Source: the human T2T-CHM13v2.0 reference genome, Homo sapiens
Direction of reading: 5' to 3'
NCBI GenBank assembly: GCA_009914755.4
Contig: CP068257.2
Location: 33,984,001 to 34,048,000, forward strand
DNA length: 64,000 nt
Part shown: piece after piece, positions 61,906 to 64,000 of the stretch
Numbering within the stretch: position 1 is the stretch's first letter
How the letters are laid out: each line of letters starts with the position of its first letter
Translations under genes and position numbers: made by a program
Notes under the pieces: generated by a model
Seen by the model: only the letters and a program-made list of their open reading frames with translations
Databases searched by the model: none
Told to the model about the DNA's origin: nothing

Positions 61906-64000
61906 CTATAGGATAAAGAAAGGGTAAGAATTAATTTTAAGTTGAGTTAGAGGCTGATCAAAGAAGGCTTCACAAAACAGGTAGCATTCAACCTGAATGC
62001 ATATTGGGTTTCCAGCTCAAGCATCCAGGCAGCTCAGGTACAGCCCTGGTGAAACTCTAAACGTGGCCACCCTGCATCTTTTCCTGTATTTAGCCATTTG
62101 AACGGCCATCTTGTCTGTGCTGTTATTTCAAAGAGATTTTGTTCTCTGCCCATACCTGGCAACTTGACAGTTTAGATCTCCTTTGCTTCCTGCCTTCCCT
62201 GTCACCCTCATTGTTATGAGGGACTAGCCTTCAATTCTTCTGCCCGTGGTCACCTGTAGACACAGCCCTGGCACAGGAGTCGCATTCCATCAGTTTTACC
62301 ATGTAAGGTAACCTGATCACAGGAAGGCCATTCCCTCACCATTGCCGTATTTTTGGTTAGAGCAATGCAGAGGTCACACGCCTCTTTCAGGTCTGTCTGC
62401 TACAGGTGCCAGGTGGGGGTCAGTTAGACACTTGAAACAAGAAGGTGGAAAGATAGGGCAGGTGTGAAGCAGGTGGGCACTTCAGAGCTGGGCACTCAAC
62501 CTTGGGGATTCCTTCAGGGGTGCAATTATGTTCCTCTCTCCTCTTGCCTAGACAAATGGCTTGTCATCCTTGGTCATGAAAAAGACACTTTACCTTTCAG
62601 GCACGAGGGCACATCCCACTCAGCAAGATGAGCTAAGATGATACCATCTGCCACCCTCCTTGAGCTCTCCCCCTTCAATTTTGTGAGTATTCCTCCTAGC
62701 CCTTGAGGTAGTAATCCACACAGCAGTAGTTGCTGACATCACCAGGATTGACAGGTCTCGGCCATCACACAGGCTCCCAGCCTATGGCTAAGTAACATTA
62801 TCCCCCAGGCTGTGTGTCTATGCAGGGCACTTCCCAGACACTACCAGCTGCTTAGACGTACAGTTCACTCCCAGTGGTTTAAACCCCAACCAGGACTCAG
62901 AGATTGTTGCTGCATCTCTGTCTCTCCTCTATCATAATGCCAGCTGTGGCCTCCCCTGAGAGCCGACTATTTAAAAATTAATCACCATGTTTCATTCCAC
63001 ATAGAAGCTCCTGTTCTATTTATTTCTCCTTCTTCTTCAGATCCTCTCCTGGAAATCTGATGGAAAGAGCCATATGACTTATCATTTTCTTCCTCTATAA
63101 AGTGGTGTGAAAATTACACAGAAGGTCATCAGGAGGCACTTCTCCTCCACCCACAGAAGGAGAGGGGGTGTTTCCAACAGTGGCTAACTGTTGTAAGTCT
63201 GATGCTCTTTGGGGCATTGACTAATGGTAAGAGTAGGTGGACGTCTAAGTGGCCTCAATCCTTCTCTCTTCCATCTGTAGTCATACCCTTTGCAATATGA
63301 CTTTGTGCCTCTTCCCATTAAGATGTGGAGTCTATTTCTCCATACCCTGAATCTAGCTTATTGTTATAATTTGTTTTAGGCAAGAGAATGAAGTGGGAGT
63401 GAAAGTCTGCCAGTTTGGGGCCTAGGTATTAAGAGTCCCTGCATGCTTCTACCTCACTCTCTTCGAATGTACTCAGCCTCCCTGAGAACAAACCCAGGCC
63501 AGCTTGCTGGAGGAGGAGAGACTGCTTGGAACAGAGACCTGCTATCCCATCATACTCTATCCATCATTCTCCATCCCAGCATAGCCAGCCCCCAGCTGAC
63601 TCAGAAGGTGAATACAAACACATGAATGAAGTCACCTGAGACAAGAAAAACCACCAAGCTAAGCCTAGCCCACACTGCCAACCCACAGACTCATGAATGA
63701 AACAAACGGCTATTGTTTTAAGCTACTCTACATTGGGGTGGTTTGTTATGCAGTATGATCTGATGCAGGCTCCATGGTTTATCAGTATAAACTTCCACAT
63801 CGCCAGTTTCAAAAAAGCCACCACCTGACTCATCTCAAACATTCAGCAGGGTGATGGTGTCCCCATTTTTTTTTCCTTCACTTGATCTTCTGGAACCATT
63901 TTCTTGAGGCTCCAGGACCTAACATTGAAACTGGAAGGAAAGGGTCTTGGGGGATGGGTTGAGTTGCCATACTTTTCCTTTTCACAAAAGTCCTTGCAAA

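Overview
This window is human (or other catarrhine primate) nuclear DNA, not a prokaryotic or viral replicon. The evidence is at least 12 Alu SINEs, several with poly-A tails and target-site duplications, plus LINE-1 ORF2 and 3'-UTR fragments of several ages, MaLR LTRs of THE1/MST and MLT1 type, MIR SINEs, an L2-like fragment and a CR1/L3-type LINE reverse-transcriptase remnant. Many microsatellites are present ((GT)n/(CA)n, (TA)n, (GA)n, (AAAT)n), CpG is depleted, and the sequence is AT-rich. I cannot support a single protein-coding gene, rRNA, tRNA, CRISPR array, operon or bacterial regulatory site. Every ORF in the supplied six-frame track is 153 aa or shorter. Most are explained by translation through Alu, LTR, LINE or microsatellite sequence. 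The first ~42 kb is L1/LTR-rich and Alu-poor; the last ~22 kb is Alu-dense. The window most likely lies in an intergenic or deep-intronic, gene-poor region. The hypothesised novel biological system is not present. What is worth a second look are structural oddities of the repeat landscape: a palindromic hairpin element with a ~325-bp spacer, an L1 twin-priming inversion, nested Alu-in-Alu and Alu-in-LTR insertions, a ~123-bp tandem duplication, a 335-bp compound purine/pyrimidine-alternating microsatellite, and a ~1.1-kb repeat-free block carrying three unusually long open frames. All coordinates are from reading the sequence by eye and are accurate to roughly ±10 bp. Repeat subfamily names are from memory of consensus sequences and need RepeatMasker confirmation.
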